Assembly: GCF_009914755.1 (NCBI RefSeq)
Contig: NC_060931.1
DNA: 64,000 bases
Strand: one strand, 5' to 3'
From: the human T2T-CHM13v2.0 reference genome, Homo sapiens
Shown: piece after piece, positions 12,610 through 28,942 of the stretch
Numbering within the stretch: position 1 is the first letter of the stretch
Layout of the letters: the number at the start of each line of letters is the position of its first letter
The notes under the pieces: model-generated
The model's database searches: none
Seen by the model: the letters and a program-made list of their open reading frames with translations, nothing else
Told to the model about the DNA's origin: nothing
Translations under genes and position numbers: made by a program

Positions 12610-14390
12610 ATACCATTTTTAAAATTCAGATAAAATATACATACATGGTGGTGAGTTTCAATAGATGAATACAGCCATGTAAGCATCAATTTAAACAAGA
12701 TATAGAACATTTTTTAATCATTCCAGGAGGTTACACTATGTCCCTTCCAATCAATCTCTGCTCCCCATATGCAATCAATATTCTGATTGTGTCAGTATAG
12801 GGATATTTTGTTTATTGTTGAACTTCTTATAAAAGGAAGGATACAGTGTGCTCCTTTGCATCTGGCTTCTTTCAAACAACATGATGTCTTTCATATTTAT
12901 TCATGTTGTTGTATAATAGTACATTCTTTTTCTATTGCTGGGTAGTATTCCATTGTATAAACAGATCATAATTAATTATCTAATAACCCGCTAATGAACA
13001 TTTGAGTTGTTTCTGTTAACATTTGTTTGCAATATTTATGTAGACATATTTTTTTATTTGTTTTTTAATAAATATCTAAGAGTGGAAAAGTTGGGATTTC
13101 CTAGGATAGGTATATATTTTACTTTATAAGAAAGTGACAAAACTTGTTTCCAAAGTGGCTTTATCTTTTTTACTCTTCCTAGCCGTGTATGAAAGTTCTG
13201 GTTGCTCTACATCCTTGCCAACACTTGGTGTTGCTACCTTTTAAATTGTAGCTATTCTAAGGGTGTGAAATGGTATTTCATGGTGTTTGTAATTTGCACT
13301 TCCCTGATGACTAATAAAGTCATAGAATTGTTATTTGGTTCTTTTATATAATTTTGTTTCTCTGCTGAGATTTGCCCATCTGTTCACTCATTTTGATAAT
13401 CCTTTTCTTTAAGTCATGAACATCTTTATGATTATTTCTTTTAAAGTCCTTGCCTGCTAATTTTAACATCCAGGCCAATTGGAGACCTTTTTCTATTGAT
13501 TCTTTTTTCTTTTGAATAGGGGTTTTACTCTTTTATTTCTTGGCATGTCTAGTACTTTTTGAGTGCACACTGTGAATGATGCATTATAGAGACTTAGGAT
13601 TTTTAAATATCTCTCTGAGAAGTGTTAATTTTTATGTGCCCAGTCAGTGAAGTTACTAGCTGATCACCTTGAACTTGTCAAGGCTTGCATTTTATACTTT
13701 GTTAGGGAAGGTTTTACCCATAATCTTAGTGTTTAGCTTTGCTCTTAGTCTTAGGATATATAATTCAATGATAGAAAGTAGACTATTATTAGAATCAAAA
13801 ATTATGATTGTTCTGGTATTTCAATGGAAAGCTCGAGGCATTTACTAAGCCCCTTCAACTGGACTAAAGTTAAACTTCAAAATCCATTTTCTATGATGTA
13901 GTCAACAGCTAGATTACTTGCCCAGCTTTTAAAACCTTACTTCCATTGCCGTTCCCTGTCTTCCTTGGACTCTGCCCTAGACATGTGCAGTTTGGGGTTA
14001 TCCAAAAGTTTAAAACTAGTCTATATCAAGATTTTAAGTCTTGCCTCTCTATGGCACCCTCCTTTGTGGATTTATTTACAAAGTTTCCAATTATCAGCAT
14101 CCTCAAATTCTGTCCTCTGATACTTAAGCCAATAAAAATGTGGCTTTCTGTTTGTGTTCTAATTGCTCTATGGCCTTAGGGGAAAATATATATAAATATG
14201 GATCTTATTGAGTGCCGTTTCTCCTTTCAAGAGTTGAATTCCTTTTCAGTTCCTACCTGCTTTTGATCATTTTATAATGCTTTCAAATAGTTGTGTATGT
14301 GTTTGTATTTTTTTCTTGTAATTTGTAATTAATGTTTACAAGAGTTTGTAATTAATGTCTACAAGAGGTTTAGTCTGATACTAGCTACTC
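12610..14390 (-). mobile_element. old L1M fragments (3' end joined to a more 5' region)
   Basis: 'gtagtattccattgtat', 'catccttgccaacacttggtg', 'aatttgcacttccctgatgactaat', then 'tttctctgctgagatt...aagtccttgcctgctaattttaacatc'. Confidence 0.7.
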
Positions 14391-14779
14391 TGCTATTCCT
14401 GTACTGTTACCATTATTATAAGGAGAAATTTCCCTATATGTGAGCCCATCTTGTAATCCTTCTTTATAACGTATCAAGAATTATGAAAGGCATAGTCCCA
14501 AGAAGGGGGACTGAGCTTACTTAAAGAAGGGAGCAGACACATTCACATTCTCCTTTCAACATAAATATGCTAAATATATTGTGTTACAATCTTTCTGCAT
14601 TGTTTTTCTTGGGGGCAAAGCATAAAATTCTTATAATATGATAATACTGAGATGGTCTTGTGAATTAAAAATTAACTTTCTGTGATTATCACAATTAGTA
14701 AACATTTTATAACAATTATCATGAAATGCTTGACCTGAAGTAGAAAAGCCAATATTTTGGGGGTATTCCAAAAGATACA

Positions 14780-15445
<666 letters not shown>

Positions 15446-15900
15446 AAGTTTTAAATCTTCTTGATTATTCATTATTAATGACGTTAATTTTTAGGATTTA
15501 TAACTAATGGCTATTTAAGATTCTTTAACCAGATAATACTATTTTTTTCGTAAGTTTTTCCATCTTCTCCCTTTCCTCTTTGTTTTAAAATCATCTGTAT
15601 TCACAAATAAGAAGACAGGTAGCCTTAGAATCACATCTAAGAGGACTGATTCTTAAGATTTCTTGAATAACTCTAAAATTTTCTAGAAAAAATAGAAAAC
15701 CTGACAATGAACTCTCTCAATCATTGCATTTCAATATCTAACATCAAACTTACTTTGGCTTCAGAAAACGTCAAATGTGCCACTCAAGATTATTTTCAGA
15801 ATAATAATCACTGGAATCCAAACATTACATAAACTAAGGCATCTTTCGTCTTAATTCCTTGTGTTTACTCTTGTCAAGGAGGGTCACTTTTACTTTACAG

Positions 15901-15930
15901 TTCAGTTCCTATGACTGGATGCCAGTGTTG
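15901..15930 (+). ncRNA. candidate 30-nt microexon, plus-strand transcript
   Basis: Acceptor 'cacttttactttacag|', near-consensus donor 'TTG|gtaagt'. Confidence 0.5.
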
Positions 15931-16653
15931 GTAAGTAAAATAAATACGTCATCACAAGAGTCTATAACCCAATTTTATGATTATATAATGTTATAATACT
16001 AATATATGATGTCTTACTTACTCAGAGTTCTACTATATGTTGTAGCATAATACAAATCTGTCAGTTTTTATTCTTTTATAGCCATATGAAGGAAATAGTT
16101 GAAAATCCAAGGGGGAGAAGGTGTATTTAAATGTATTGGGGAACAGCAATTTCAAAGAATATCTACTTAATTTCATCTTCCAAATCCTGAATATAGTAAG
16201 GCGTTAGGCTTATCACAGTGCCTGTCATATCATGTGTTGTGGTTTTACAATTAAAGAGACTATGACTTCATTATCTGTCGACCTGCTACCAGAGTAGAAA
16301 ATCTCATGATTACATCTTTATGGGCTTTTTGGAAATGTATGTTTATTCCAAACCTGAGTTCGGGCAGGCAACAGGAAAGGGGAGTGTTGTGGGCTAACAA
16401 ATTGCTGAATAACATTACCTGATTATGTTACTATGCTATGTTATAGGATAGACATTGAAGTAGCTGCTTTAATTTCCTATAATTAGAACTTAGATGATGT
16501 ATTTTGGATCTTTGTTGTATGGATAAGGAAATTATGGTTCATAGAAGGTGACCACAGAGATAATTACTCAAAGAATAAAAAAATAAATAAAAATTGACAA
16601 TGTCTTTCATTCCCCTGTGTCTGAATTCAGTTATAAACATGCCTCTTTGGTAG

Positions 16654-16902
16654 TCACTTCTCCAAGTGTATCATGTCCCATGCATTTAGAAACACAGATC
16701 TTTCTACTTGCAAATCTGGTACTTGAAAAAAAAACAAAACAAAGAACCACACCATAAGAATAAGAAATGAGAACTACAGAGTGAGAAATGAGAGTGCATT
16801 GACAGTGCAGAGTAGGTGGTAAACTACCTTGAGTTTTTAAAAGAAGGGCACTAAAAAGCTCGGTACAAAACATGTTGTCAAAGGAAATGAGAAAATGCCA
16901 AG
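16654..16902 (-). pseudogene. two candidate terminal pseudo-exons (16828-16902 and 16654-16721) with a 106-nt intron
   Basis: Acceptors 'tttttttaaatttag|' and 'ttttgttttttttttcaag|', donor 'AAG|gtagtt'; spliced frame WHFLISFDNMFCTELFSALLLKTQ/VPDLQVERSVFLNAWDMIHLEK* is open. Confidence 0.45.
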
Positions 16903-17719
16903 CTAAATTTAAAAAAAGTTAATTGGTAATATTCAACAATATTTAGGCATTTCTAAGACATTATATATTTTAGTTAATTTTGAAAAAAACTTTTAACCCA
17001 CACCTTTCATGATTGTAACAGATGTTAGATTTTGTCCATAATTTGGTAGATATAAAATCCTTACTTTTTCTGGGTAGCATATCCCATATTATTACCATAC
17101 TATTTCATGCTATGGAGTCATTTATTCATTTGAATGCAGCACCATTGAGATTCTTTGCCAATTACTAGAAAGCATTAAATGTATATAACTGAAAAATTAT
17201 CTTGGCTTCAGAGTGAAAGAGCGTACTTTATAATTTCACCTATTTATGAACCTATTTGCCCATCATTTGTTAATTTAACATTGAGGAAAGGACAGGGAAA
17301 GAAGTTGACAGTTTTAGGGTTAGAAGCAAAATGAGGAATGAAATGTGAAACACAAAGAATGAAACTTGAAAAGGATGCTTCAGGAGAGCTCAATCAGAGA
17401 AAGATTTTAAGGGTTTCTAATTTTATATGATGACTACAAAGAAATAAAAAAAGAATAACACCATCAATTTCACACCTCCCTTAATCTGGGAATATGAAGG
17501 ACAAAGCATAAAACAGGTATTATTTTTGTTGTTGTTAAAGGTGACAAGGAATTAATGTTGTTCTTTAGGGTATCTGTCTAGATCTAAACAATGGAGTTTG
17601 AAATTTCCATATGGATTTTATTTCAATTTCACCATACTCTTAATTGCTGACATGTTGGCTTTTCAAGACTGTTCATGAAAAAAACCTTAGTTAATCAGTT
17701 AATTGAAGAAGAAAGTGGT

Positions 17720-17890
17720 GTGATATCCTTGGGGGAAATGGGCTAGAGTCAGGAAATTTGGGTTCTGGTTTCCCTTTGTCACCGACATGCTAAATAACCC
17801 TGAGCAACCTGTTAAACCTCTCTGAGAAACACAATTTTCCTTTAAAATAACTGTACTGAACCAGACTGTCCCTGAGATCTTTCGCATATT
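17720..17890 (+). mobile_element. MIR/MIR3 fragment
   Basis: 'gggctagagtcaggaaatttgggttctgg...gagcaacctgttaaacctctctgag'. Confidence 0.6.
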
Positions 17891-17923
17891 TTGTGTTTCT
17901 AGTAATTAGAACTGTTTTCACAG

Positions 17924-17985
17924 GTATCAGGTGATCTGAGGGCACAGTGTAAAATTCATGGCAAGATGAGCAGTTTCATTTCCAG
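17924..17985 (+). ncRNA. candidate 62-nt exon, plus-strand transcript
   Basis: Acceptor 'actgttttcacag|', donor 'CAG|gtgaga'. Confidence 0.35.
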
Positions 17986-18743
17986 GTGAGAAGAATAAAA
18001 TAGTCTCACGTAATTTTTCCCAATCAAGGAGTTAATTTGTAATATAGATGATGATGTCTTGTTTGAGGATTAAATAATGTATATTTAATATTCTTAGTCA
18101 GAATTTTGTTAAGGGACATAGGGAAGGATATTATGAGACTGAGGAGCTCTAAATATAACTTAAATTGATAATGCCAAAGTGGTATACCAACATAAACTAC
18201 CTGGGAAGCACACAGAAGATTTAGATTTGCAAAGGCAAGATATTCAAACTTATTTTAACTACTCTTGGAACTATATTATATTTAAAGAATGAACATCTTT
18301 TAAAACAGACCTAAATGGATGAAATTCTAAAAGTTAATTAATAAATGATTAGATGATTTAAATTTTTGCATAGGAATTAAAAAGTGGCACATGCCCAAGG
18401 AATAAAACTGGTGAGAAAATAAACTTTGTCCAAAAAATGCAACTGTTATTTCAGGTAATGTGGGTATCCTGGCAGTGCTAAATGAAGATAATTGGAATAA
18501 AAACAGAAATTTATGTTATGAAGGACTATATTTTGACTGTGAATTCAGGATTTTTTTGCAGTCAACAGATTTTATCATGGCTTTTGGCAGAATGATGAAA
18601 GGCCCTAAACAAGTCCTTGGGCGTTGCTCATTGAGAAACCAGCAGAATACTTTCATATTTGCAGAGAAAAGTTGCCAACATGCCAGGCAAAAATGCTCAC
18701 TGGGGTGGAGAATTGGAAATATGATAGTGATCTCAAATGACAC

Positions 18744-19197
18744 AGGAAAGTTGGGGGGAATAGACAATTCTATAAGCTTAATAAAAAATATAAAGATGCC
18801 ATAATCAAATCTTAAATTTCTAATGCCAGGTCTATATTTCTGGAGATAAGGTATGATAACCGAGCGGGAGTATACCATGCTGAGATTGCTTCTAAGCTCT
18901 CTTCTTGTAGCTACTACCCTTAATACTTGTATTATAAATTTGTTGCACGCTCATCTAAAATAATTTGGTCATTCACAATAACTCATCTTTTTGGGGTTGA
19001 TATGTGAAGTGACTTCCCATAATTCAAATTTAGGTGAGGGCTGTAGGTTTCCTCCTCCATAACTTCACTATGAGATGATATGTTACAATGAAAACGAGTC
19101 TCAGACCAAATTTGCTGCACATACGAAGATTTCATAGCAATGTTTATTGAAAAAAAGTCATAAAACCTGTTCTGCAAACTGTATCATTTTAGTCACT
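18744..19197 (-). pseudogene. candidate decayed coding exon (3' boundary uncertain)
   Basis: Acceptor 'aagtttctgttag|'; frame VTKMIQFAEQVL*LFFNKHCYEIF...; downstream open stretch ...ACNKF...FIKLIELSIPPNFP (ORF 18516-18878 -). Confidence 0.35.
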
Positions 19198-20089
19198 CTA
19201 ACAGAAACTTGCATACAAACATCAATAGAGACAAATGTATGTTTCAGTATCAAATACAGCTAAGCTTTTAACAGAGTCAGGTGACAAAAATCCTCCATCA
19301 GGCAGTCAAATAATTTACTTATAAGCTGGGGCTTTATTCAGAAGTGTTAGGACATTAGTTGCCTAGATACTAAGCTATTCATTCAAAGGTGGGAAAATCT
19401 GTACATTATTTCTAACCAATGCATGCATCTGAGCATCATTCATTTCACCAGTGAAAATCACTTTTAACATCTAAAGCCTTTGGTGTTGACCAGAGATAAA
19501 ATATCGTACTTGAAAGCCTGGTGTAGCAGCCTCTGGATTGCAGGTTTGGGTCAATGCTAACTAACTGCCCCTGAAGTAGATCTTCCTGATTAGTATACTT
19601 CAAATGATAATTACCTAGGGCAAGATTAAACTGAAACTAATCTATCATATTGTCTATACTGCAGTATTTTAGAGTGAATTATAGACAATGTAAAGCAATT
19701 TATTTGAAATGTTAAAATAGCATTAATTTTTGTTTCATTTTTAATTTAGATAAATAAAATAATGAAAGTAAATACTGCCCTAAAATTTTGTCACCTAGGT
19801 AATGCATTGATATGTTAAATAAATACTTGAATGTGATAAGGAAAATCTATGTGGTATAGAAAGATACAAACTGCCAGGGGAAAGCTTTCGTTTTCTATCT
19901 CCTTCCAAATACCTTCACTTACAACCCCGGTACTTTTTGTCTAAGTAATCACAGGCACTTTTTTCCTTTCTTTCTTCCAGAAAAAGAAAAGATTCCTCTC
20001 TCTTTCTCTCTCACAAAATATTATATATAATATTTATATGTAATATAAATACACTCATACATATAGTTCCTCATCTGAAAATTCACTTA

Positions 20090-21650
<1,561 letters not shown>

Positions 21651-22008
21651 ACATTAAACACACACACACAGACACACACACACTATTTTTAGCAGAAATA
21701 AAGAACCAGAAAGGTTATTTAAAAGGCTTTGACTAAAAGAAGTACTCTGAATTGTCCTAATTGGAAATGGTCAGTAGAGACATGAACATATGTGTTATGT
21801 ACTGAATCTCCACAAAATTCAGTGCCAAAAGGGTAAAGTATTTTGCAAAAATTTATTTCCACCTCAAGCAGAATGGACATCCATACTAAATACATATATG
21901 TTATGTAGTCAATGACCGTATTAAATAAAACAGAAAAAAAAAACGGTGGTTATTTAAAGCATTGTTACTGTGGTTGAACTCTTTGTCTGAGAGATCCAGG
22001 ATTTATAC

Positions 22009-22193
22009 CTGTGATTGAAACACTGCAATTTTGTGAACAGTTTGGGGAAAAGGTAATAGGTTAACCAGTTCTTCAGACTTTCTGACATTTCAAGCTGTAA
22101 GTCTGACAACATAATCTAATTGGGCTATTAGCCTTATTCTAGGTTTTCGATTGAGCTGTTTTTTGACCTCTTTGCTTCTATCATGAGCAAAGA
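22009..22193 (-). pseudogene. candidate decayed coding exon (185 nt)
   Basis: Strong acceptor 'ctttttgttttcttcccag|', donor 'CAG|gtataa'; frames VFAHDRSKEVKKQLNRK... and IMLSDLQLEMSESLKNWLTYYLFPKLFTKLQCFNH (implies a frameshift). Confidence 0.5.
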
Positions 22194-23020
22194 CTGGGAA
22201 GAAAACAAAAAGTGAGCAGAAACTGCAAGTACTAGTTGATAGCTGAAAAGAGGGCTGAGACAGCTCCTTCAATCTCCACCAAATAGGTCTATAATGAGAA
22301 CAGCAATTTTCAGAAGTGAAGGGACTGAGCCCAAGGTTGCTGTGTTAGGAGTGATGCACAGGGAGCCTGGGGTACAAGTGGGGTCTAGGAAGTGAGCCCA
22401 AGTCCCTGACAGCCAGAAATAACCTTAGTAAGGATGATTTCCCACCACAATACAGAAATACTGTAATTTGAAATAAATTTTTTATTGAAAATTCTCTCAT
22501 AGGATTTCTGAGTTGTGTTGCTTATTTCCTTCCCAAATGATTGTTCCCTATTTTAGACTTGACCTAACGTAAGATATAAAATAGTTTCAGATTGGTTTCA
22601 GCTAACAGCTCATTCCAAATGATGGGTTTTTAAATGTAATTACCTTTTTCCATTTCTCCCCACTCCTAAACTCATCCTATATATTTGTGAGTAACTTAAA
22701 GGAATGTTATTTAATATTTGTGACTCTGCAAAATAATTTTACAAATAAATGATTTCTCTAGGTCTAGATCAATAGGTTCTTTACACATAAAATGTTTACA
22801 GACATGAATTAAACAAAATAAATTTGTTAAGAATAGCACACCAAGGCTAAAAATAAAACAAAATGAAATATTAGTGTACATGTGCAAGTACACTATACAT
22901 ATACAAAATAAACTCTAGTTATTTATAAAATTTGGAAGAAATAGACTGCTTATCCTGTAACATGGAGAAAGAAAATACACTTTGCATGATATTCTTATCT
23001 AAGACTTACGATACAGAGGA

Positions 23021-23117
23021 TTTATTTATTTATTTATTTATTTTTTGACAGGGCCTTGCTCTGTTGCCTTGGCTGGAGTGCAGTGGCATGATCATGGCTC
23101 ACTGCAGCCTCAAACTC
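23021..23117 (-). mobile_element. AluJ/FLAM 3' fragment
   Basis: (ttta)n tail then 'gacagggccttgctctgttgcc...ggctcactgcagcctcaaactc'. Confidence 0.85.
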
Positions 23118-24099
23118 AGGGGAACATATTTTTAAATAAGTTGTTTATTTTAGAAGTTTTCTAATATTCAGGAATTAGGTAAATTAATTTAGAAAGTTAT
23201 TTGGAGAGTTGGGATTATAGATAGAGTTTTTTAAAATATAAATTCCATACCATTATTATGATTAGAATGTAAACTCTGGAAAGACATTTTTGGTTTTACT
23301 GTTTTGGCCACAGAATATAGAGTAGTTCCTAGAACAATTCTTGATGCATAACAGGCATTTGCATATAAATACATCAGTAATATTTGAGAATACATACATA
23401 AGTATGACTTTATCTGTGTGCACTTAACCTGATTCAAAGCAAAGTAGCATTTAATGTGTAGATTTTACATAAAATTAAACTCTCAGATCTTATTGTCAAT
23501 TTTGTTCTTTACAGCAAATGAATTTTAACTACTTTAATCATTCTTTTATTTATAAATTAAAAGCTTTAGTATATTGTTATTAATTCAATGTAGTCATTAT
23601 AATTTTCTCATTGGCTAAATATTCACAGAACACTTTCAGAATTAAAAAAAAAGACAAAGATGATGGTAATGGCTAACATGTACATGCTCCATTTATTCTA
23701 TGTTGTGTATTTTTCTAAGCATTTACATGTGTTAATTCTAATCTTCTGTTATGGGATGCAACATGTCCATTAAAAAATATAGACACTCCACAATTTTCCT
23801 TGCAGCTATAAATGCCATTGTTCCTGTCCTGGCCAATGACATGTAATCAGAAGTCATTAGACTAAGAATCCAGAAAAGGCACAGACTCAGCTAGTGGACA
23901 GTGTCTGTAAGTACAGCAGCCCTCATAAGGACCTAAGGAAGGAACCCCATACTAAGGGTGATGGGGTCTAAAGATAAGCAATCTGGTACTGTCTACATGA
24001 GAAAAAATAACTCCTGTATAAACCACAGCAATCATGTTTTTGTTACATGCAAAAGAACTCTAAATTCATAACTGGTTTAGCTGATAATAGGAACATTTT

Positions 24100-25290
24100 C
24101 ATCCATCCTTTCATTTCATAAATATGTATTGAACACTTGCTATGAGCCAGGTACTGTTCTAGGTAGTTGGGATATATCACCACACAAAACAGATAAATAT
24201 CTGCTCTCAAGAAGCTTATATTGTAGAGATGGTGGGTCAACAATAAAGAAACTAATTATTTAGTTTATTAGAAGATGATGTGTTATGAGAAAGAGACGAC
24301 AGAGCAGGATAAGGGAGATCAATAGTGCCAGAGAGAGGATAAAGTTGCCATTTTAAATCAGGCGGTCATGTAGCCCCATTGAAGAGATGATATTGAATAC
24401 AGACTTGAAAGAGGTAAAGGATAATTGCAGATGAATGACACAACCAATGTGTATGTCTTAAGTGGCCAAGTGGCTGATATATTTGAAGAAGAACAAGGAG
24501 GCCTATGTGTTTAGGTGGAGTGAGACAGGGAAAGAGACCAGAGAGGTAATGCAGGGGATGGGATGGAGGAGTAGACCATGCAGAGCCTTGTAGGCCACTG
24601 TAAGGATCTTTGCTTTTACTCCGAAATAGGGAGCCACTATAGAGTTTTGAGCAGAAGAGAACAAATCAATGTTTGAAAATGATCTCTTTTGTTTCTGTGT
24701 TGACTACAGGGAAGAAAGGATAAAAACAAAGCAGTTTTTGGGAGGTAATTATATTAATTCAGGGTGTAGTAATTCATGAGGGTTGATACAGTTTTGCTCT
24801 GTGTCCCCACACAAATCTCACCATCAATTGTAATCCCCATAATCCCCATGTGTCAAGGGCAATTGAATCATGGTGGCGGTTCCCCTCATGCTTTTCTCAT
24901 GATAATGAGTGAGTCTCGCAAGATCTGATGGTTTTATAAGCATCTGGCATTTCTCCTGCTTGCACTTCTCCTTCCTGCCTCCTTGTGAAGAAAGAGCCTT
25001 GCTCCCCCTTTGCCTTCTGCCATGATCGTAAATTTCCTGAGGGTTCCCCAGCCATGCTGAACTGTGAGTCAATGAAACCTGTTTCCTTTTTAAGTTACCC
25101 AGTCTTGGGTATGTCTTTATTAGCAGCTTGAGAACGGACTAATACAAGGATCTAGACCAGTGGTAGCACTCGGGGTAGGGAGGGAGGAGTATTCAGATTA
25201 TGGATATATTTTGATGGCAGAGCCATCAGGATTTCCTAAGAGGTTTGAATGTGGGCTGTGAGAGAAAGAAGATCAAGTATGGCTTCTGGG
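24100..25290 (-). mobile_element. L2 interrupted by THE1 LTR
   Basis: 'aaatatgtattgaacacttgctatgagccaggtactgttctagg', 'ggagccactatagagttttgagcag'. Confidence 0.8.
24784..25146 (+). mobile_element. THE1 (C/D-like) MaLR solo LTR
   Basis: TG...CA ends 'tgatacagttttgctctgtgtcccc' and 'gagaacggactaataca'; 5-bp TSD agggt/aggat. Confidence 0.92.
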
Positions 25291-26206
25291 GAAATGATGT
25301 AGGGCGTTTTTAAAAGAACTTATCTTTATAGTGCTTACAGCCAATATATTATAAAAGCTTGCTACCTTATTTGAAGCCCCAGAAAATAATGTCTCTCTGA
25401 GTCATTAAAAAATTCTAAAGATTAGAAAGTCAAAGTTAAACAACAACAAAAATTTCAGAAGACTTCTCAATTAATGATGACTGTGTATCTACACTTCAGG
25501 CTCCAAACAAGCTGCTTAGTTTGGACAATGTCAAGTTTTTGCAAAAATCTTCCACTTCAACAAGAGTAGATTTGACTGTCTGTGAATAATGGTTATAGGA
25601 GTTGCCTAAGGACCTTATTTTTGTCGAGTTGTAGTTTTCACAAAGGCTTATAATATTAGACATGTACAGATAAAATTAGTGTAACCCACTGAGATTTAGA
25701 GGTAGTGTACCGAAGGCTAGCACAAGATTATCTCAGAACTAGAAAAATAAGGTTAAATTTTAAGAGTTAAATTACTAAAACCTTCATGTAATTTATGAAA
25801 TTATCAAATCTATGTATATTTTATTCATCAAATTTGGAAGAATAAGGCCTAGAAATATGTTTGAAATATGATTAAATGTGAAAGGAACTAGAATATAATT
25901 AATGATGTTAACATATATATGAAGACAGACTGGTTTACAAAAGAGGGAAAGGCTACAGGAGTTTGGAGAAGGGGAACATGGGTAAGAATTTTCAAGTGTT
26001 TACTTTCACATTCTGCTTACTCTGACCAGAATACATTCAAAGTCTTACAACTGCTTGCACTGGAGAACAGCTTCTGACTAGCTTGAGGTGTAAGAACTAG
26101 TTTATCTAAAATATTCCTAGCCCACTCACATGTTTCAACTAAAGAAAGACTTTACTTAGTGCCCTTGAGGAAGAAGAAGATACATGTCTTTTTGGATATT
26201 GTAGAC

Positions 26207-26651
26207 TGTGGTGGTTAATTTTATGTGTCAACTTGACTGGGCTAAGGGATGCCCAGATAGCTGGTAAATATTATTTCTGGGCATGTCAAATGAGGGTCTT
26301 TATGGACCCTTAACATTTGAATTGGTAGACTGAGTAAAGAAGATTTCCTTCCCCAATGTGGGTGAGCCTCATTCAATTCACTGAGGGACTGAATAGAACA
26401 AAAAGGCAGAGGAAGAATAAATTTGCTCCCTCTTCTTGAGCTGGAGCATCTATATTCTCCAGGCTTTGGAAACTGATGGTCTTGTTTATCAGGGCTTTGG
26501 ACTTACAGTGAAATATACCACTGACTTACCTGGTTCTCCATCCTGCAGATGGCAGACTGTGGGACTTGTCGCCCTCCATAATCGAGATAACAAATTCCTA
26601 TAATAATAGGATATATTTGTATCATATAAATGTTTATATATTTATAAGATA

Positions 26652-26704
<53 letters not shown>

Positions 26705-26734
26705 CTGTTTCTCTGAAGAACTCTGACTAATACA
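26207..26734 (+). mobile_element. MLT2B-like ERVL solo LTR with internal (TG)n(TA)n microsatellite
   Basis: 'tgtggtggttaattttatgtgtcaacttgactgggctaagggatgcccag'...'ctctgaagaactctgactaataca'; microsatellite at ~26652-26701. Confidence 0.9.
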
Positions 26735-28942
26735 AAAGATATTAAAGGTTTCATAGGCTTCTTGTTTCCCAACTCTGGTCCTAAAATAGGATTAAGCTGC
26801 ATTTGTTCTTTCTAACGACAGCTTGATCTGATAATAGATAAGATGTTAATGACCCTATTGAACCATTCTCTGATTTTCTGAATCGTGCTTTTCTTGGTTT
26901 CTTCCTGATTCCTTAGAGGATATGTTGTGAAATCAATTCATAGCTATTTGTAGTTTGGCCAAACCAGAAGTATGAATGCTTTGAAAACAAATTCATAATT
27001 ATTTGATGAATTTTCTTCCCAAGATTTTTTTCACCTCACCCTTGAAATGGTGAAAGCTTCTTTATAAAGGAGCAATACTGTGTATTTACAACCTTTCCTC
27101 CTGTCTCGGCTGAAGTATTTTGCTTCCTGTCTAGGTCTTACTGCTCTGCCTATGTTCCTAATCTTAACACTGATTTATCTTTTCGTTAAATGTTCATGTG
27201 GCATCTATTTTGTACCAGCAACTTTGCCAGACTTTGAAAATATAAAGGTAAAAGATGACATTATGCTTGCACTTAAGAATCTGACAAACTGAAAGGAGAT
27301 ATAAATGTATGTGAGATAAACTTCAAGAAAAGATACTAATGTGTAGAAAGTAGTATGAATGAAGACCTAAAGGAATACAGATAGTGCAATGAATGATTCA
27401 AATCTGGTTGTTAATGATAGCTCTATATTGGACTTTGAGTTGATCTTGAAAAATGATTAAGAATCTGTAAAATGCAAAGGAAAACCCAGGGCATTTCAGG
27501 TAGCTAGATATAATAATGGGCAGGGAAGGGTTAACAGAAAATGAGACTGGAGTGGTAATATTTTTCTATTGTAAGAAAATTAGAATTTTTTCCTAATTAA
27601 AAGAAATTATAGACATAAAATATTTCAATGAAAAATACAGAAGAATATTTCAACTTTATTTACTATTTTTAGAATCTGTAGTTTTACTCTTAGGTGGTTT
27701 CTGAAATAATGGGAATTTAAAAAAATAACTGAGCTACTAAAAACACAGAGAGTTTATTTGTAATCACTGAAAGTATCTTGTCAGTAATGTGAGATCAGAA
27801 ATATTTATCTGTTTTCAAATATGTAGCATTGTTTTATCAAAAGTTTAAATTAATGATATTACTAAGAAATGACATTTCTGAATATCATAATTTATTCTCT
27901 GGGAGCACTGAATTAGGAGAATGCAGTAATAGATTAAATCTGTTCTTTTGTGCAACTATGAGGATACATTAGTTGGTATAGAGAAAGAAACAATTTTACG
28001 TATCTGTTTAAATGTATTTTTTAATCTGTTTTAAAATGAAAGGACATGTCTTCTTAAATAACAAGAAGTAGACCTATAAGTGAGCTAAAGCCTCCTATGG
28101 CTTTAAAGGGAAAATGCAATGTGAGCCCAAGTGTGCTGTGGGAATTTGGATTTAAATAAGTTTTGGTTACAAAAAGGGAGAAGAATAGGTATGAAAAAGA
28201 AATATGGTCAGAAGAGGAAATTTTTCTGCTGATTTGAAAAACTCTGTCACACAGAAGTTATTCTGGGAAATGCAGGACCTATACAACGATGGTCTCTTTC
28301 TGTCAAATTCCATAAGAAAGGAAAAGTTAGAACTCTGAAGAAATGAGTTAACCCTCTGGGAAATTACTTTACTAGCTAAGTTAAAGGTAAGCTGAGATCA
28401 TAGATAAGTATTAAAATGAGAAAGGGTACAGTAACATTTTTAACTCCAACAGTTGAGGAACTCTGAAAAAACTTGAGAGAAAAAACCCTCTGTTTAAATC
28501 TGTAAGGAACAGAAGAATTAAGATTCATAATTGTTACAGGTTAATGAAGATGCTCTCTTATTTTACCCAAATATTTGTGGTCTTTTAAACTTTGCTCAAA
28601 GTTACCTAATCTTTAAAATATATCATTTTCATATTATCATTTGCTACAAATTTTATAATATAAAAGTACATGATTATTTATTTAGGACAGTTTATAACAT
28701 TCTAAAATATTTTTAAATTTTATTTTGTATAGTTGAATTCTGGCGAGGTTGCATATTTTTTCAATCAGCTTTTTTGTGACCTGTTGATTCATTCAAGTTA
28801 TTTCTCAACTGTCTATTGTGGTTTTTATGTCTTTTTGTTTTGTTTTGTTTTGTTTTTACTGATTTGATAAACAGATTAGTAGGAATGGGGAAACTTTGTT
28901 ATTATTCCTGCTGAAATATCCTAATATGAATACATGTTTTAG

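Noticed and set aside
18460-18804. 114-aa plus-strand ORF in unique DNA
   Set aside because: Non-ATG start and no recognisable domain; the minus strand explains the region better.
25490-25570. Minus-strand exon-like stretch TVKSTLVEVEDFCKNLTLSKLSSLFGA* with a short hairpin
   Set aside because: Weak acceptor and donor; too short to support as either an exon or a structured RNA.
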